A DNA stretch of 64,000 nucleotides from Octopus bimaculoides (Eukaryota). The notes under the pieces were generated by a model. That model saw only the letters and a program-made list of their open reading frames with translations, searched no databases and had not been told where the DNA came from. Below, one piece after another: positions 23,621 to 38,320 of this stretch. Position 1 is the first letter of the stretch, and each line of letters begins with the position of its first letter. The stretch spans positions 42,807,765 through 42,871,764 of the forward strand of contig NC_068993.1 of the NCBI RefSeq assembly GCF_001194135.2, in the 5' to 3' direction. The translations under genes and the position numbers were made by a program.

Positions 23621-24989
23621 AATATTGCATCTGCAGATGTAACTCGAACAAGAACTTAAAGAATGAAACAGCGTACAACATGCATGGATGAAAGAACAAG
23701 TGAACAAATAATATTACAGAAGCTTTAGTTGAATATTATAACATAGCTGAATAACAGAGCTGAAAACCAAAAGGAAGGAGATAGACATAAAGTCTAACTG
23801 TTACAATAATAGGTTCTCGTTATAATATTCTCAACCAGAAATTAAGTGAATTAGTAAATCGAGAGAAGAAAACCGGAAGCAATAATGAATGCATTTATAA
23901 TATACCACGTAAAAACCAACAATGAGTGATTAAGTTTACCGCATAATCAAGGAGGTGGGAACCTTCTTTTACAAGAAAATTATATTCAATATCTACTGAA
24001 AGACTACAAATACATTTAGCGAGAAAGAAGAGAAAACAAATAACAAAACCACGCTCATCATTTCAGTAACAATATGTTGGATTTAAGTTACGTGGAAGAG
24101 TCGACGATGTTATCTATGTTCTTGACAACTCGGCTACCTGATTTACGGCGTGCCCCAAAGAAAACCTTTACACTATTGCAATGGACGTTTCCACTTTGAA
24201 ATATTTCATGTCATGTGGGAATTCTTAACAGCAAGTGTGTGCAAACTTGTGATTACGTCAAACTGTCAACAGTCTTCTTTCGGAGAACTATGAAATTAAG
24301 GAGTGCTTGCGTGTTGTTGTTGTTGTTGTTGTTGGTACTGCTGCTGTTTCTACTGTTGTAGATGCTGTTATTGTTCGTGTTGTCATTGTATTGTTGTTTC
24401 CATGTTTTCTTTATTTTTTCTTTAATTTTTCTTATATTTTGTTTTTGTTGTGGTTGTTGCGGTTGCATATTAAGTGGTTTGTTCTTCTCATTGCTTTTTT
24501 TTTTACACTTTCATTCCTTGTGTTGCGTAAATTGTTGGACTGCGACAAGAACGGTATTGGAGTTGACGGCAGATGGAATATTGACTAGCGAAATCTAACT
24601 TTTTCATAAGAATCAGAAAAGAACGCACTCCAAACTGGTCGGCCTACTTTTGGGACAAGGTACGACGGTTAGGCGGTAGTACGCCACTGAGATTATGTAT
24701 GCATTCGATACTTCCGTCATACCTTTCATAGACAGCTTCCATTTTTGTATGAGATTTCATAGACAGCTTCTATTTTTTTATGAGATTGGCAACTCTGCTC
24801 GTAACCTTTCCCCAGCTACTACCTGCCTGGCAACTTGGTCCGAACCAGACTTCGAACACTTTCACCTCTCAGTCCAGCGAGAGAAATCGCTGCGACTTAA
24901 TACGGACTTGCCTCTACAAGAGCCTAGTTGCAAACCCACTGATTTTATCTGTACTCTCTGCTCCTGTACAAACGAGGTATTCTCTCATT

Positions 24990-25170
24990 ATAGTGCGATC
25001 ACTTGACCAGGAATTTTCGGGAGAGGAGAGAAAGTCTATTACATCGAATGCATTACCAACATGGGGCAGTATTTTAGCGTCTCTGAGGAGATGGAAGGCG
25101 AAGTCGAAATGGGTTTCAGAACGTAAAACTCCAGACGAAACGCTGGTAAATATTTTATACGACGCTCTAA
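24990..25170 (-). mobile_element. SINE family B, highly diverged
   Basis: GGAAGGCGAAGTCGA...TCAGAACGTAAA..CAGACGAAAC aligns to 19310-19400. Confidence 0.55.
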
Positions 25171-25200
25171 AAATTTTACCAATTCACTATCATAATAATG

Positions 25201-25232
<32 letters not shown>

Positions 25233-25233
25233 G

Positions 25234-25295
<62 letters not shown>

Positions 25296-25467
25296 TTATG
25301 ATAATAATTCATTTTTATTGCCAGAAAGACAACGAATGAAAGACAATACTCAAACAAATTATAAACAATGGAGGTTTTACATCGACTATTAAGGAAAAGC
25401 AACACATGGACGCGTATAGTCATATGAAAACACGCATACACACAGAGAAGCATGTGTACACACACAC

Positions 25468-25498
<31 letters not shown>

Positions 25499-26025
25499 TA
25501 TATATACGGACATACACACGCGTGCACGCACGCACACATACATAAATATGTGTGTGTGTGTTTGTTCTATATACACATATATGTATATGTATACATGTTT
25601 GTATATATATATGAGTGTATTTTTGTGTGTAACTGTTTTTATGCGAGTTTGTCCACCTAAAATAATAATAATGAATTTATAGACTGGTTGTGGGAGAAAC
25701 GATATTATGAGTTACCAAAAAAATAAATAAATAGAAATAACAAAAACAAAAGGCAGCGTGTAAGCAAATTTGTGTTATAACGTGTTTAGGTTTGGAGACT
25801 AATTCAGAAAAGTCGCTATAATACCGCATAAAACAGAGATATGATTCAATATAATAGCTAGAAACATAGCAGAAGCTATTAAATGGATTATTGATATGAT
25901 AGCAAGACTGTTGTTGCTGTAAATATATTATTGTATGTCAGTATATAAAGTGAATGAAAACGCATGATTGCTCTTAAGCACATCTGCTTGTATGTGTGGC
26001 ACAGATATTTAGGTAGGATGGCGAG

Positions 26026-26029
<4 letters not shown>

Positions 26030-26095
<66 letters not shown>

Positions 26096-26464
26096 CATAC
26101 ATACATACATACATACATACATACATACAATGTGAGTTGGTACATAGAATGAGAGTTTAATACATAAAATGGTAATGAAATACATAGATAGGTAGATGCA
26201 TACTTAAACTGATAGATGGATGCATAGATAGACAGATAGATACATAGGTAGAGATAGGTAGATATATACATACATGCATGCATGCATACATACATACATA
26301 CATACATAAATACATACATACATACATACATACATAACTACATACATACATGCATACATACATACATGCATATATATATATACACATTCATACAATGCGA
26401 GTTAATGCATAAATTGAGAGTGAGATAAATAGGTAAGTAGATGCATACATGGATTGATAAATAG

Positions 26465-26526
<62 letters not shown>

Positions 26527-26545
26527 GTAGATAGATAGATAGATA
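26030..26545. repeat. Compound (GATA)n/(CATA)n microsatellite region
   Basis: Direct reading. Confidence 0.9.
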
Positions 26546-26635
26546 GCGGAAGATGAAGTTATATTAGATATTCGTATTAAAGAGTGAGGAAGAAGACAAA
26601 GTATGCATGGCAAGGATAGAAAGTGATAGTGAGTG

Positions 26636-26682
<47 letters not shown>

Positions 26683-27989
26683 GTGTGTGTGTGCGTGTGT
26701 GTGTGTGTGTGTGTCAGTGTGTGTATTTAAATATGTATACTTCTGTATGTGAACATATGCTTGTGCTTGTATGTTGTGTGCTTATAAAATTTACTTATTT
26801 TATAAGTCTNNNNNNNNNNNNNNNNNNNNNNNNNNNNNNNNNNNNNNNNNNNNNNNNNNNNNNNNNNNNNNNNNNNNNNNNNNNNNNNNNNNNNNNNNNN
26901 NNNNNNNNNNNNNNNNNNNNNNNNNNNNNNNNNNNNNNNNNNNNNNNNNNNNNNNNNNNNNNNNNNNNNNNNNNNNNNNNNNNNNNNNNNNNNNNNNNNN
27001 NNNNNNNNNNNNNNNNNNNNNNNNNNNNNNNNNNNNNNNNNNNNNNNNNNNNNNNNNNNNNNNNNNNNNNNNNNNNNNNNNNNNNNNNNNNNNNNNNNNN
27101 NNNNNNNNNNNNNNNNNNNNNNNNNNNNNNNNNNNNNNNNNNNNNNNNNNNNNNNNNNNNNNNNNNNNNNNNNNNNNNNNNNNNNNNNNNNNNNNNNNNN
27201 NNNNNNNNNNNNNNNNNNNNNNNNNNNNNNNNNNNNNNNNNNNNNNNNNNNNNNNNNNNNNNNNNNNNNNNNNNNNNNNNNNNNNNNNNNNNNNNNNNNN
27301 NNNNNNNNNNNNNNNNNNNNNNNNNNNNNNNNNNNNNNNNNNNNNNNNNNNNNNNNNNNNNNNNNNNNNNNNNNNNNNNNNNNNNNNNNNNNNNNNNNNN
27401 NNNNNNNNNNNNNNNNNNNTATATATATATACATATAAATGTATACACATACATATATGCATAAATGTATGTATGTACAAACGTATGAATGCATTCATGT
27501 ATGTATACATGGTGGCAGTCACATCTTAGCTTTTCTGACTCTTGGGTGTCTTTGCAGACAGGTGCCGTAGTAGTTGCCATCAGGAAATATGTGGTGTGCG
27601 CGCGCATGTGTGTGTCAGTGTATGTGTTTGTGTATGTGTGTGTGTCTGTATGTGTGTGCATGTGTGCGTACCAACCTACATACCAACCTACACACTCATA
27701 TAACACGTACATATATGTCTACATTTTTATTCATATATAATATACATACATGTATATATACACATGCACGCCACACATACATAGCTACACATGCGTATGT
27801 GTGTATGTATGTGTTTGTGTGTGTATGGATGTGTGTGTATGTGCGTGTTTGTTTGTGAACGTGTGTGTGTGTGTGTATGTGGGTGTATATGTGTGTGTAA
27901 GACAGATACTCAAAGAATGAAAAACCAAAACGCCTATAGCTTTGGGAGGCTATCCAATATTAGCCAGTTCTTAATGGCTAGTCTTTAGT

Positions 27990-29760
27990 TCCAGCTTCTG
28001 CACGTCTATATCTGTAGGGAAAACACGTGTTTAATGGAATAATTTTCAATAGTTGCATTGCTATTGAGGTACCATTGGATAAATTCTAAGGTGCGCGATA
28101 TCAGGGTTCAAGACACGGTGGTTGCGATAGGAGGAAAAACAACGCGTGTCTGATAAGATCACGTAGAAGGGCAGGCTGAGATGCCGTTGTCGTGCTGAAC
28201 AAGAAACAGAGAGAAGATACCTTTTGTCGGAGATCTAATGGTGGCAGCGTGTTAGTAATTGAATCTTTGAGCCTGGTCTCAATCGTTTACATTTCAGAAG
28301 ATCGACTCTTGTTTGCAGAGCATACAGAATTTGTGGATAAAAATAACGACAAGCAGGTCATTGATTCACAGAAGTAAACGAGTGAGAGACATATGTGTAC
28401 ACTAGGGTTCACGAATGCGTTGTATGTACCAAGTTAGATTCAGAAGGTGGAGCTTGTTACAATGTCTCCATTACTATTTAAGTGTTGAAGTTGAGAGCGA
28501 TAGATGGTTAGTTTGCAGAAAATAGAGATAGCTCTTCTTTTTAATAGGTTACAACTTTGCATGGTTGTACAGAACGAGGTGTAAGCCAATTGAGAGGGAA
28601 ATACTAAAGAGCTTCGTGAAGATCGGAGTCACCTGAGAAACTTGAGTAAAGTTTGTCAAGACCAGTTATTTTGTGGGGTAAGAGCAATCAGAGATTTCAC
28701 TAGATTCCAACACATATTTCATGGTGAGGAAATTGTAACGAAATAGAGTCCATCATCAGCTTATTCTATGGAGCTGGAATTAGAAATAGAACATATAGCA
28801 AATGGCCTCATTAGCAAGAATATTATTTATACTACGAGTTTGTTTGAGTGTTCCGAAGTAGACACTGTTGTAATTTTGATCATGAGAGAGCAATGTTTGC
28901 TTTTCTGATGATTGCAGCTTTTCTGATGATTGCAGTTTTTCTTTCAAAGGTTCCAATAGCTAAACGCTGTGCAATTCGTGATAATTGTCAACTTTTTACA
29001 GTTATAACAAGAACTGCAGTAGCGTAGCTGTTGCAACCAGCGTATCTGGTTTTCTGTTGTGTAAGAATTATTTCGGAACATAGTAGATTATGTTCGGTTA
29101 CTCTCTTAGCTCTTTTGGGTGGTGTGTTAAGGATAAAACGTATTTACTACCAAGTGTAGTTGAAACAAAATTGTTGGGAGAAGCAATTGTTCTAAGATGT
29201 ATCATTTATAAAAGAATTGCCAGAGAGAAAATGGATTTAGAGATAATGAAGAGATCAATAGAGTCTAGAGAAACATTGTCTTGATCAGGTAAACGGTTAG
29301 TAGAGGACCTAATAAAGTCAATTTAGAATAGCAGACGATTAGCCTTTTGCATTTAGGAATCTGAGTGTTCTTTGAATTCACAGAAGATAATGACTTCACT
29401 AGAAGGTTCAGATAGAGTTCAGATAGAGTTCAGATAAATTTCCTCAAACTTGTCCGATTACCAGCTATTGTACCACAATCTCTCGGAAGAGCAGGTAAAT
29501 ACAGAGGGTCAAGGAACAGAATGTTGAAAACTAAATGAAAGAGGTGAGAGTGACTTTTAGGTAAAAGCAGGTATCTTCCAATAAAAAGCTGACATATAGC
29601 GCATTGGAACGTGAAATAGGCTGAGTACAGTGAATAGCAAATTTGTCTCTGATAAGATTAGTGTTTTGTGGGGGGTTTTGTAAGTGATGGTTGATAAATG
29701 TTACATTGGATTTCAGATGTAAAGTAGAATTATAGAGCATATTAATATGTAATGCTTGTT
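27990..29760 (-). mobile_element. Decayed CR1/Jockey-like LINE ORF2 (APE endonuclease plus RT), apparently internally deleted
   Basis: In order on the minus strand: LKSNVTFINHHL (APE N-terminus, ~29700); STNRLPDQDNVSLDSIDLFII (like PTR..LDLF, ~29260); a PIxKK..NYRPIAL-like stretch (~28500); LLL*INDLL (~28360); DLRQKVSSL (like RRxVASL, ~28220). Many stops and frameshifts. Confidence 0.7.
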
Positions 29761-32700
29761 AGACGGTCATATTGTTTCCAGAAATTAACACAGAATACAG
29801 AACCTTGAGCCTATGAATCGATAGTACCTTTTGATTAAGTAATGCCAGTCTCTGAGAGGATCTTGTATTATCTGGGCCAGCAAACCTGCACCAGTGTGTA
29901 GAAGAACCGGTATTTATTCGGCGGTTGATAGGGAAATACTCTGAAGTGTTATCCATAATTTTAGGGATGTTGTGCGAGCTTTTGTTGAGGGTTTTCGATA
30001 CAAAGAAAATTTGTACTGTTCTCTGAAACAATTACTAATACTATACAGGGGTAGATGCAATCAGGTGATTCAGTGGACTTCACATTAGTTCTTGTCCACG
30101 TTCTTCAAATCAAGTGAACTTTGTTAAACGCATCCCCCAAAAAAAATCAGATGGTTATGTTAACTTGATGGCGTTTCAGACCAACGACTCAAAGAAAAAC
30201 AATAGGCTGTGGTGATTTGTTAAGTACCTGCACTTATGATGGCGTCTTACGTAGCTCGAAACCAGTCACTTGCACTCAAAAATGACGATAAATCTGAAAC
30301 GAGTTGAGATAGATTTTCTTGAGTTCATCACTGTCAAACCAACATGACTTCCATTGTAATATTCTGCTATGCGTAACTGAATGCGGAAAGACGTCGATAA
30401 GAAATTCACAAGAGAGAAGATAGAGACAATATACGTAAATAGCTAAAAATGGATGCTGCATTTATGCGTCTGTTTGTATCAAAACAAGAGGCCTTTTATT
30501 TTTCATACAAACGATGATTATATAATCTCAGAATTTTTAAAATTATATGTTTTATACAATTATAAAAAGCATATATTTTATAATTTACATAACAGACCAG
30601 AGGAGAGAGAACGTGAAACGATCTAGTGACAGAATCGGTTCTCATGAAGTGAAATTACAACGTAATTCAGTGTCGCATAAAGTTGAATTCGATGTAGTAT
30701 AATGGTATTATATTTCAATTTTTAATACTGCAGTATTTAAATTGTGTGACTTCTTGTAGTTATTAACGTGAATAATAAGTATATTTTAATCCGTTCATTG
30801 TCTTGTACATGTAGGTATCTTTATAGATTACTGAAACACATGTCAGTTTTCTTTCAGATTTATTTACAAACATTCTGAATATATGCTTACTTGCGGTTTT
30901 GCTGATGCAGACAGCTGCAGAACATTCGAGTTGCTTTATGATATTTTTTATGAAAGGGACAAATGTTGCTTTTGTCAACATATAATAGAATCGTACAAAA
31001 TACATTGAAGCAAATCGTAGAGTCAGAAACGTCCCTTGTAAAAATCGTTCCTACATCCCAATTACATCTCGATATGTTGACACTGCCTAAGATCAGACTA
31101 ACCTTCCTCCTACCACATCCCCAATTTTAAATTTTAATTAGTAGGAATTAAATGAGGCTTTTGTACTCCATCCCAACTCAATAAAGTATTTATATTCTAA
31201 CTTATCACCCTTGCCTCCGTTTGTTTGATTTAAGCATTATCCAAACAATGCTTTTACCTGTATATTGATACAGTCAGAATTAATGAGCGTTAACGTCATT
31301 GCCGCATTAACTATGTTACCGTTTACTTTACAACTACTAGAATAACCAATAGGATTTTGCATTCTATATCCACTATGACTTCGTTTTATCAACGTATTCC
31401 GTGGTCACCTATCATTTTTCTAAAACAGATATTTTCGGAAAATAAGAAATTCGTATTCTCTTTAATAAATATTTCCCGTGTTATCACATCTGAAGATAGT
31501 CAACAGCATACTAACCAATCTTTCCTTTTAAATTACATTTTAGTTATTAAAGCCTAAATTTCGTTTTTGACCAAAATATTTCTTGTATTCCTCTTATTAT
31601 ATTCACATGTTTACTTGTCTCCTACTATCTTCACCCCACTAATTACTGTTTTAAAAATCTCATACTTAAATAACGTATTCGTACTTATGTATGAATTTTT
31701 ACTACACCACATATGAATTCAGTATCGATTTTTACTCACTTCTACATTAGGTATAAATCTTTACTACCTCATACTTAGATTAGGTATGAATTTTAACTAA
31801 GCCGTACTTAAATTAACTCACACACTAACGAGCATATGGATTACTTATTCTATATCAAAAAAAAAAATATACATTTAGCTTTGCTTACAAATAATTTCAG
31901 GATTATATACTTAAAAAGCGAGATCATATGTATTTGACAACCGAATCATTGTGATTTCAATATAATTGTGACTCATTATCTCTAGGCTGAATAATTATCT
32001 TATATGGAATTAATGCCCTCAAACTGCACTTTCTGTAGATTGCATATTTACTCGTTATGATGATCACAGTATGGTGGTTGGGTTGCTGTTGTTAATGCTG
32101 CTATTAAATTTAACAAAACAGTGTAGAAATTTCTACGTATAAATCACTGTTATCTATAGTTGAAATTAGCAAAAAAGCTATTCGACTGGAAATTTTCACA
32201 ATAGTTAATTATTTGTTGTTAATATTTCTAAAAGTTCTTTAATGAATCGCACACACACTGAGAACTTCAATAAATATTGCAAGTCTGAAATACTTCAACG
32301 TTTGATTATATCAAAACATTGTCTTCTGTTGATTCATTTTTACCTTTGTTGTTATTGTTGTTGTTGCTGTTATTATTAATATTATTAATGTTGTTGTTGT
32401 TGTTGTATTATGTATTTCATAATTAATTACTTCGGGGGAAATGGTTATAGCTATACCTTTGGAGAATACAATCTGTATATGCTTTGTCTTGTTTTCTATA
32501 TGTGAGATGGAAACTATTATTTACACATACTGAGTAGGAAACATGCGAGTGGAAGAAACAATACAATACTTTGATATCTCTCTGAATACGCACAGTATCT
32601 TCTCCATAAGTAAATTTCTATGAATTTGAAAAATATTTTTTTTAAACGCCAATTTTAATTATTAATTCGCATAAAAAGTTTTCATAATTCCATTTTTGAA

Positions 32701-33180
32701 ATAGTACAAGAAAATAGAGCAAAAGAGGAATGGTAGAGAAGAAATCAATAGTAGTTATCTTGAAATATTCAAATAGACGAATCTCTCCAGGCATTTAAAG
32801 AAATAAAAACAATTCGTTCAATTTTAATAAGGTAAGATGTATATGTTCTTGAAATATAAAAATAAAAACAGCTATTTCAAGCACAAACAAATTCCACAAG
32901 AAATTGCGTACCAAATACGTAGATGCATTATTGAGAGTGTGTACTAAGAATGTGTATATAATTCACTGAGGTTATGAAGTATATTAATGCAGATTATTTT
33001 GCCGCTAAAAATTACTTCTGATGTACAGATCTTTATCAGCGCAAAGTTTGCAAGGCTGAGACACTTTCAGAGACAAGGGAATATAATTATAGCATGTAAA
33101 TTACAAAAGTTCGTGTTATTGATTTTGCAGTTACACACCGTGTATAGCGATTCTTCTACAACATGTTCTTTTGTTCAGAA

Positions 33181-33213
<33 letters not shown>

Positions 33214-33346
33214 TATATAAATAAATATATNNNNNNNNNNNNNNNNNNNNNNNNNNNNNNNNNNNNNNNNNNNNNNNNNNNNNNNNNNNNNNNNNNNNNN
33301 NNNNNNNNNNNNNNNNNNNNNNNNNNNNNNNNNNNNNNNNNNNNNN

Positions 33347-33380
<34 letters not shown>

Positions 33381-36300
33381 GTATATATATATGCATACAT
33401 ACGTACATTCATATATCAAGGGTGATTTTTAAAATAGATTTCATAACCACACATGCATATCAAAATCTATGTATCTATATGAAATTTTAAATTCATAGTT
33501 TCTTGGATCTGTCCCTTTCTTTTTTTTTCATCTATTTTAGTCTCCTTTGATTTATTCTCAAGTCATATAAATAACATCAATATGTATTTTTTATTTTAAT
33601 ATATATTTTCATTTCCAACTTTTACTAAAAAGTATTTTCACCCAAAAATTCTCATAAAATACAATTTGACATTTTCCTCAACAAAATTTTGATATTTTTT
33701 ATGATACTTTTAGATTTCCGTTTCATTGTTTTTATTTTCCTTTATTATTACAATAGGCGATTCAGAGCAAGTTTAAGTTTCAATCTCATAACTTTATTTA
33801 TGTTTATATTTTTGTTTTTTCTTCTTTCCATAGAATTTTAATCTCCATCTTTATTCTAATCCCTCCAAGAGTCAGAATCATGAGTCAGAAATTATCTTAT
33901 GCGACAGTGCACAAAACTTTCCAATTGTTTTTAATACATTCTTATACACACGTCTGTATTAACGCAGGCATACGTTTCAAAAGACGATAAGGATATGAGC
34001 ATGTTTAAATGGATACAGTTTTATTTGTGACTGAAAAACGCACGAACAAACACACAAGCAACTACTTCAAGAAGGTGCAGAAGGAACAAACTGTACAACA
34101 TAGTAATAATTATACAACAGATAACGATTTTTCGTAAGAATGTTTTTGCATTAGGAATCACATGAGGAGATGATGGCGAAAACCTACTACACTTCCCTTA
34201 TGTAAAATGAAAAAAAAAATGATAGATAAAGGAACATAGATTGCCAGTTCAGAAGTGCAAGTCAAAAGGTCGTCGGATCATGTCTTATCGGTACAGCATT
34301 TCATTTTGCTACACCGATGTTAAATTACTAACTCTTAAATGATTACTTTAGGGTGCTATATATTACAGCTCTAAACAGTGGACAAACTCTGCAATTAATG
34401 AGTAATCCGCTGGCTTCTGTAACAGGGTTTCAGTCTCTTCGTCTTTAACAACTATCTGTAATAGGTTGGTGAGATATTTTTCATCCATTTAATTTCGCAG
34501 AATCTACAAAACACAGCGAAAATAAAGAACAAACAGTGCAATGTTTTTCAAACTTTCCTTGGGCCATCGGTTAATTATTTATTTACGTCTATAGCTTAAT
34601 GATCCTGAAAAACAGATATATGCGCACGTGAGTGTGTGATTGTGTGTTCTGTGAATCTTTGCGGCATGGCAGACGTTGTCTTTACTGAAGAGATTACACA
34701 GGAAACAATGAATCCTCAGTGGTGGATCTGCTAGAAATTTCACTACTACCTTCGCATAAAGATAAAGACCAATCACAAGTGTCAAAGCCAAAAATACAGG
34801 GACTTTTTTTCTTGCCATCCAAAACCAAATAGTCAATATATACAAATAGCTGACTACTGCTCTGAGACCGCCAACCAAATGTGTCCATGGAGATTTGTAG
34901 CATTAGGATTTCTCGCAGTCTTCTTTTATTTGTGGAGATTTGTGTTCGATTGCAATCCTAGACAAAAGTATCTCTCGTTGAAATTTTCTAGCTTTCAGTT
35001 TGAAATATACATATGTGTGTAGAAGCAGGTTGTGTGTATATGTGTGTTGTGTTTGTTTGTGTAACGTCTGATAAAACATAGTGTGCAAATGTGAAGCCAT
35101 TAAAGTATATAACGTTAAAATATATAAAGGAATCTATTTCAAAAATTTCATTTAAAATGAATGGAGAAACTAAAAGTATTGATTTTACTTACAAGCTAGA
35201 CAAATAATCTATGCTGAGACAAAAGTGCATAATTTTAAGATTAGAAATATGTGGTGTCTCAATAATTGTGTTTTTCTTTTTGGCAGTCCGTACTGAAGGA
35301 GACATAGTGTTGCAACCTGAACTCTAATAGACGAAAAACAAATTAATGAAAATTAATGAAAATTAATGAAAATTGACGCTTGTAATTAAATGTGTAGATA
35401 CATCAATTATCTCCAGGATAATGTTCATTAACTATTTGAATTTCTGCTAATTTTGTTAGATATTAAAATATCTTATCAATTAATAATGACTACTGGCTAA
35501 CGTTATTAGTTGTTTGTGTTATAGCAAGGCTTCTAATGAAGATTGAGATGTATGACTGAAACTATTTTCAGTTTTAACTTATAGTTCCAAACGTTGACAG
35601 AGTTGGTGGGTTACGACTGTAAAATAACCTGGCAAAATCACTACAATTTATTTTGCTGTCCAAATATTATGAAAATCGTTAGTGTCCTTTAAGCATAGTG
35701 TATTCGATGTTGATAAATGCGAACCACTAATTGTCGATAATCAGCGCCATCTATTTTATTACTATAATAATATGTTCTTTTGTAAAGAAGAAAAATCGAA
35801 ATTTATTTTGCAACCAAATTGCTAAATTAGTTTTCTTTAAACCAACTGGGAATAAATTAATTAAATATAAAGTTCTACTCATTAGTGAGTTAATTAGATA
35901 CTTGGGGGAAAATCAAACTTCTTAACGGCTATTTTGGTTGTAGACATTGCAGAATGACTTCTTTGAAGATTCTGCGATCAAAAGTAAAACTGTGCGGACA
36001 GAACATCCCGAACCATCTGTCTAAGGCAACAATTAGTAAATTATGTGCAAAGCTCTTATTTGAAATCTGCTCACATAACAAGCAGTGGTTGTTTGTTCTG
36101 GCACAAATATGTCTGCACTTCAAATATTGGATAAATTTTCAACAATCAAAGCCTAAATTAACGCATACACGCAACATATATAATTAGAAGCTTCATTATA
36201 TTAAATGAGAAAAAATATTGATAACTAATTGACTAACAACAACTAAGGAAATAAAATCAAGCATCAAATTACGATAATGTGCCATACGAATGCAGTAATG

Positions 36301-38288
36301 CACCATACAAGTGCAACTTTCTAAATTATTTCTACTCATGAAATGACTATTTCATGACAGATATCGAATGTTCACTTAAAGGAATTATATATCACCAGTC
36401 GTAACATCGACCTATTTCAGTTTATTTTTATTGTTTTAATTATAAGTAGTCGATCTAGCCTTTATTTAACTTCGTTAAGTATTGTTAAGTAAAGCTTACC
36501 GCTTATGGATACGAGAACAATCTTTCGAATTAATCAAAGTTATCGTGTTTGCTACATAAAGTGTGTTTGCACTTGCTTCAAACGAATATGATACTCTATA
36601 CTCTACTGAATATGATACTCTATACTCTACCAATATAGGTTATATGCATGTGTATATATATGTGCGTGTATATATGTATGTATGTACGTATATGCATGTA
36701 TGTATGTATGTATTATGTATCACTCCATCCAATCATCTAACTATCTGTCTATCTATCCATCCATCTATCTATCTTTATATATATATACGTGTGTGTATGT
36801 ATGTATGCATATATACACACATACACACATACATACACACATACATACATACATATACGAATGCGATATCACGTATTATACTGACTAGTTCCAATAAACG
36901 TTTTATGTACAATGTGTGTGTGTTATGCATGTATATATTCATCTGTATATATGTATATATATCGTATATACACATATACATGTCTGTGAGTGAGTGTGAG
37001 TGTGTGTGTGTGTGTATGTGTGTGTGTGTGTGTGTGTGTGTCTGTGTGTGTGTGTGTGTGTGTGTGTATCACACTTACACATGCATACACATATGTGGGT
37101 GTGTATATTTATGCATGTAAAAGATACCCTCTATTGATCTCCCTTCCTTCGACATTTCTCGGCATAAAAGTTTCGTAAGATAAATTTCACTAAGCTTCAC
37201 ATCCACCCAACACACGAACACACCACTTCACAGAATCACACAAAATACTTATAAGAAATTACAACAGCATCTATTATTACAGACTCAACTTTTACAGATA
37301 TTAGACTTGTCTTAGAGGAATCGGTAATTTCGCGTGCGTGAGTCTGTGTGTATATGCGTTGTGGGTGCTTGTATGTATGTGTGAGTAGTTAAGCATGTCT
37401 CCAACATTTATAGATGTAGCTATATTAGGAAATTGTATTCCTTAAATTCGAATAGCATACTAAATAGTTCGATAAAGTTCTTCGATACTCAAAGCGTTAT
37501 GTTTAAATCATTGTTGAGTACATTGTTTATCCAACTGTGATATTTAATAAAACATGTCGGTTTTTCATTAATATCCCGTGTACAGTGCTTTGTTTTGCCT
37601 TTATTTAAAAAAAGACATAACGATGATTGTTCAATGCTGTAACACAGCAAGGTTACTGATGCCAATAAATTGTTCTACAATACCCACGATAGGAATACAC
37701 AAATACACTAATTGACAAAACACATACACATATATACGTATATACATACGTTTACACACATATATACGTATACGTATAAAAATTAATATTTATGACTTAA
37801 ATACACATAGTACTGTCATATATGCATATATATACATATATATGTATAAATAAAATTCATATATATATGTATATATACATGTATATATATACATGTATAC
37901 ATACATACATATATATATATANNNNNNNNNNNNNNNNNNNNNNNNNNNNNNNNNNNNNNNNNNNNNNNNNNNNNNNNNNNNNNNNNNNNNNNNNNNNNNN
38001 NNNNNNNNNNNNNNNNNNNNNNNNNNNNNNNNNNNNNNNNNNNNNNNNNNNNNNNNNNNNNNNNNNNNNNNNNNNNNNNNNNNNNNNNNNNNNNNNNNNN
38101 NNNNNNNNNNNNNNNNNNNNNNNNNNNNNNNNNNNNNNNNNNNNNNNNNNNNNNNNNNNNNNNNNNNNNNNNNNNNNNNNNNNNNNNNNNNNNNNNNNNN
38201 NNNNNNNNNNNNNNNNNNNNNNNNNNNNNNNNNNNNNNNNNNNNNNNNNNNNNNNNNNNNNNNNNNNNNNNNNNNNNNNNNNNNNNNN

Positions 38289-38320
<32 letters not shown>

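Noticed and set aside
25082-25120. CTGAGGA-G...C-GAAA hammerhead-like spacing
   Set aside because: It falls inside a degenerate family B SINE and has no stems I or III.
30850-30985. Acceptor-like TTTTCTTTCAG followed by a short hydrophobic frame (LFTNILNICLLAVLLMQTAA)
   Set aside because: No homology recognised and it stops after about 40 codons; such sites are common by chance in AT-rich DNA.
36584-36630. 24-bp direct repeat; similar short tandem duplications at ~28900 (18 bp), ~29407 (11 bp) and ~35341 (10 bp)
   Set aside because: Only 2-3 adjacent units with no spacers, so these are slippage duplications, not CRISPR or a structured array.
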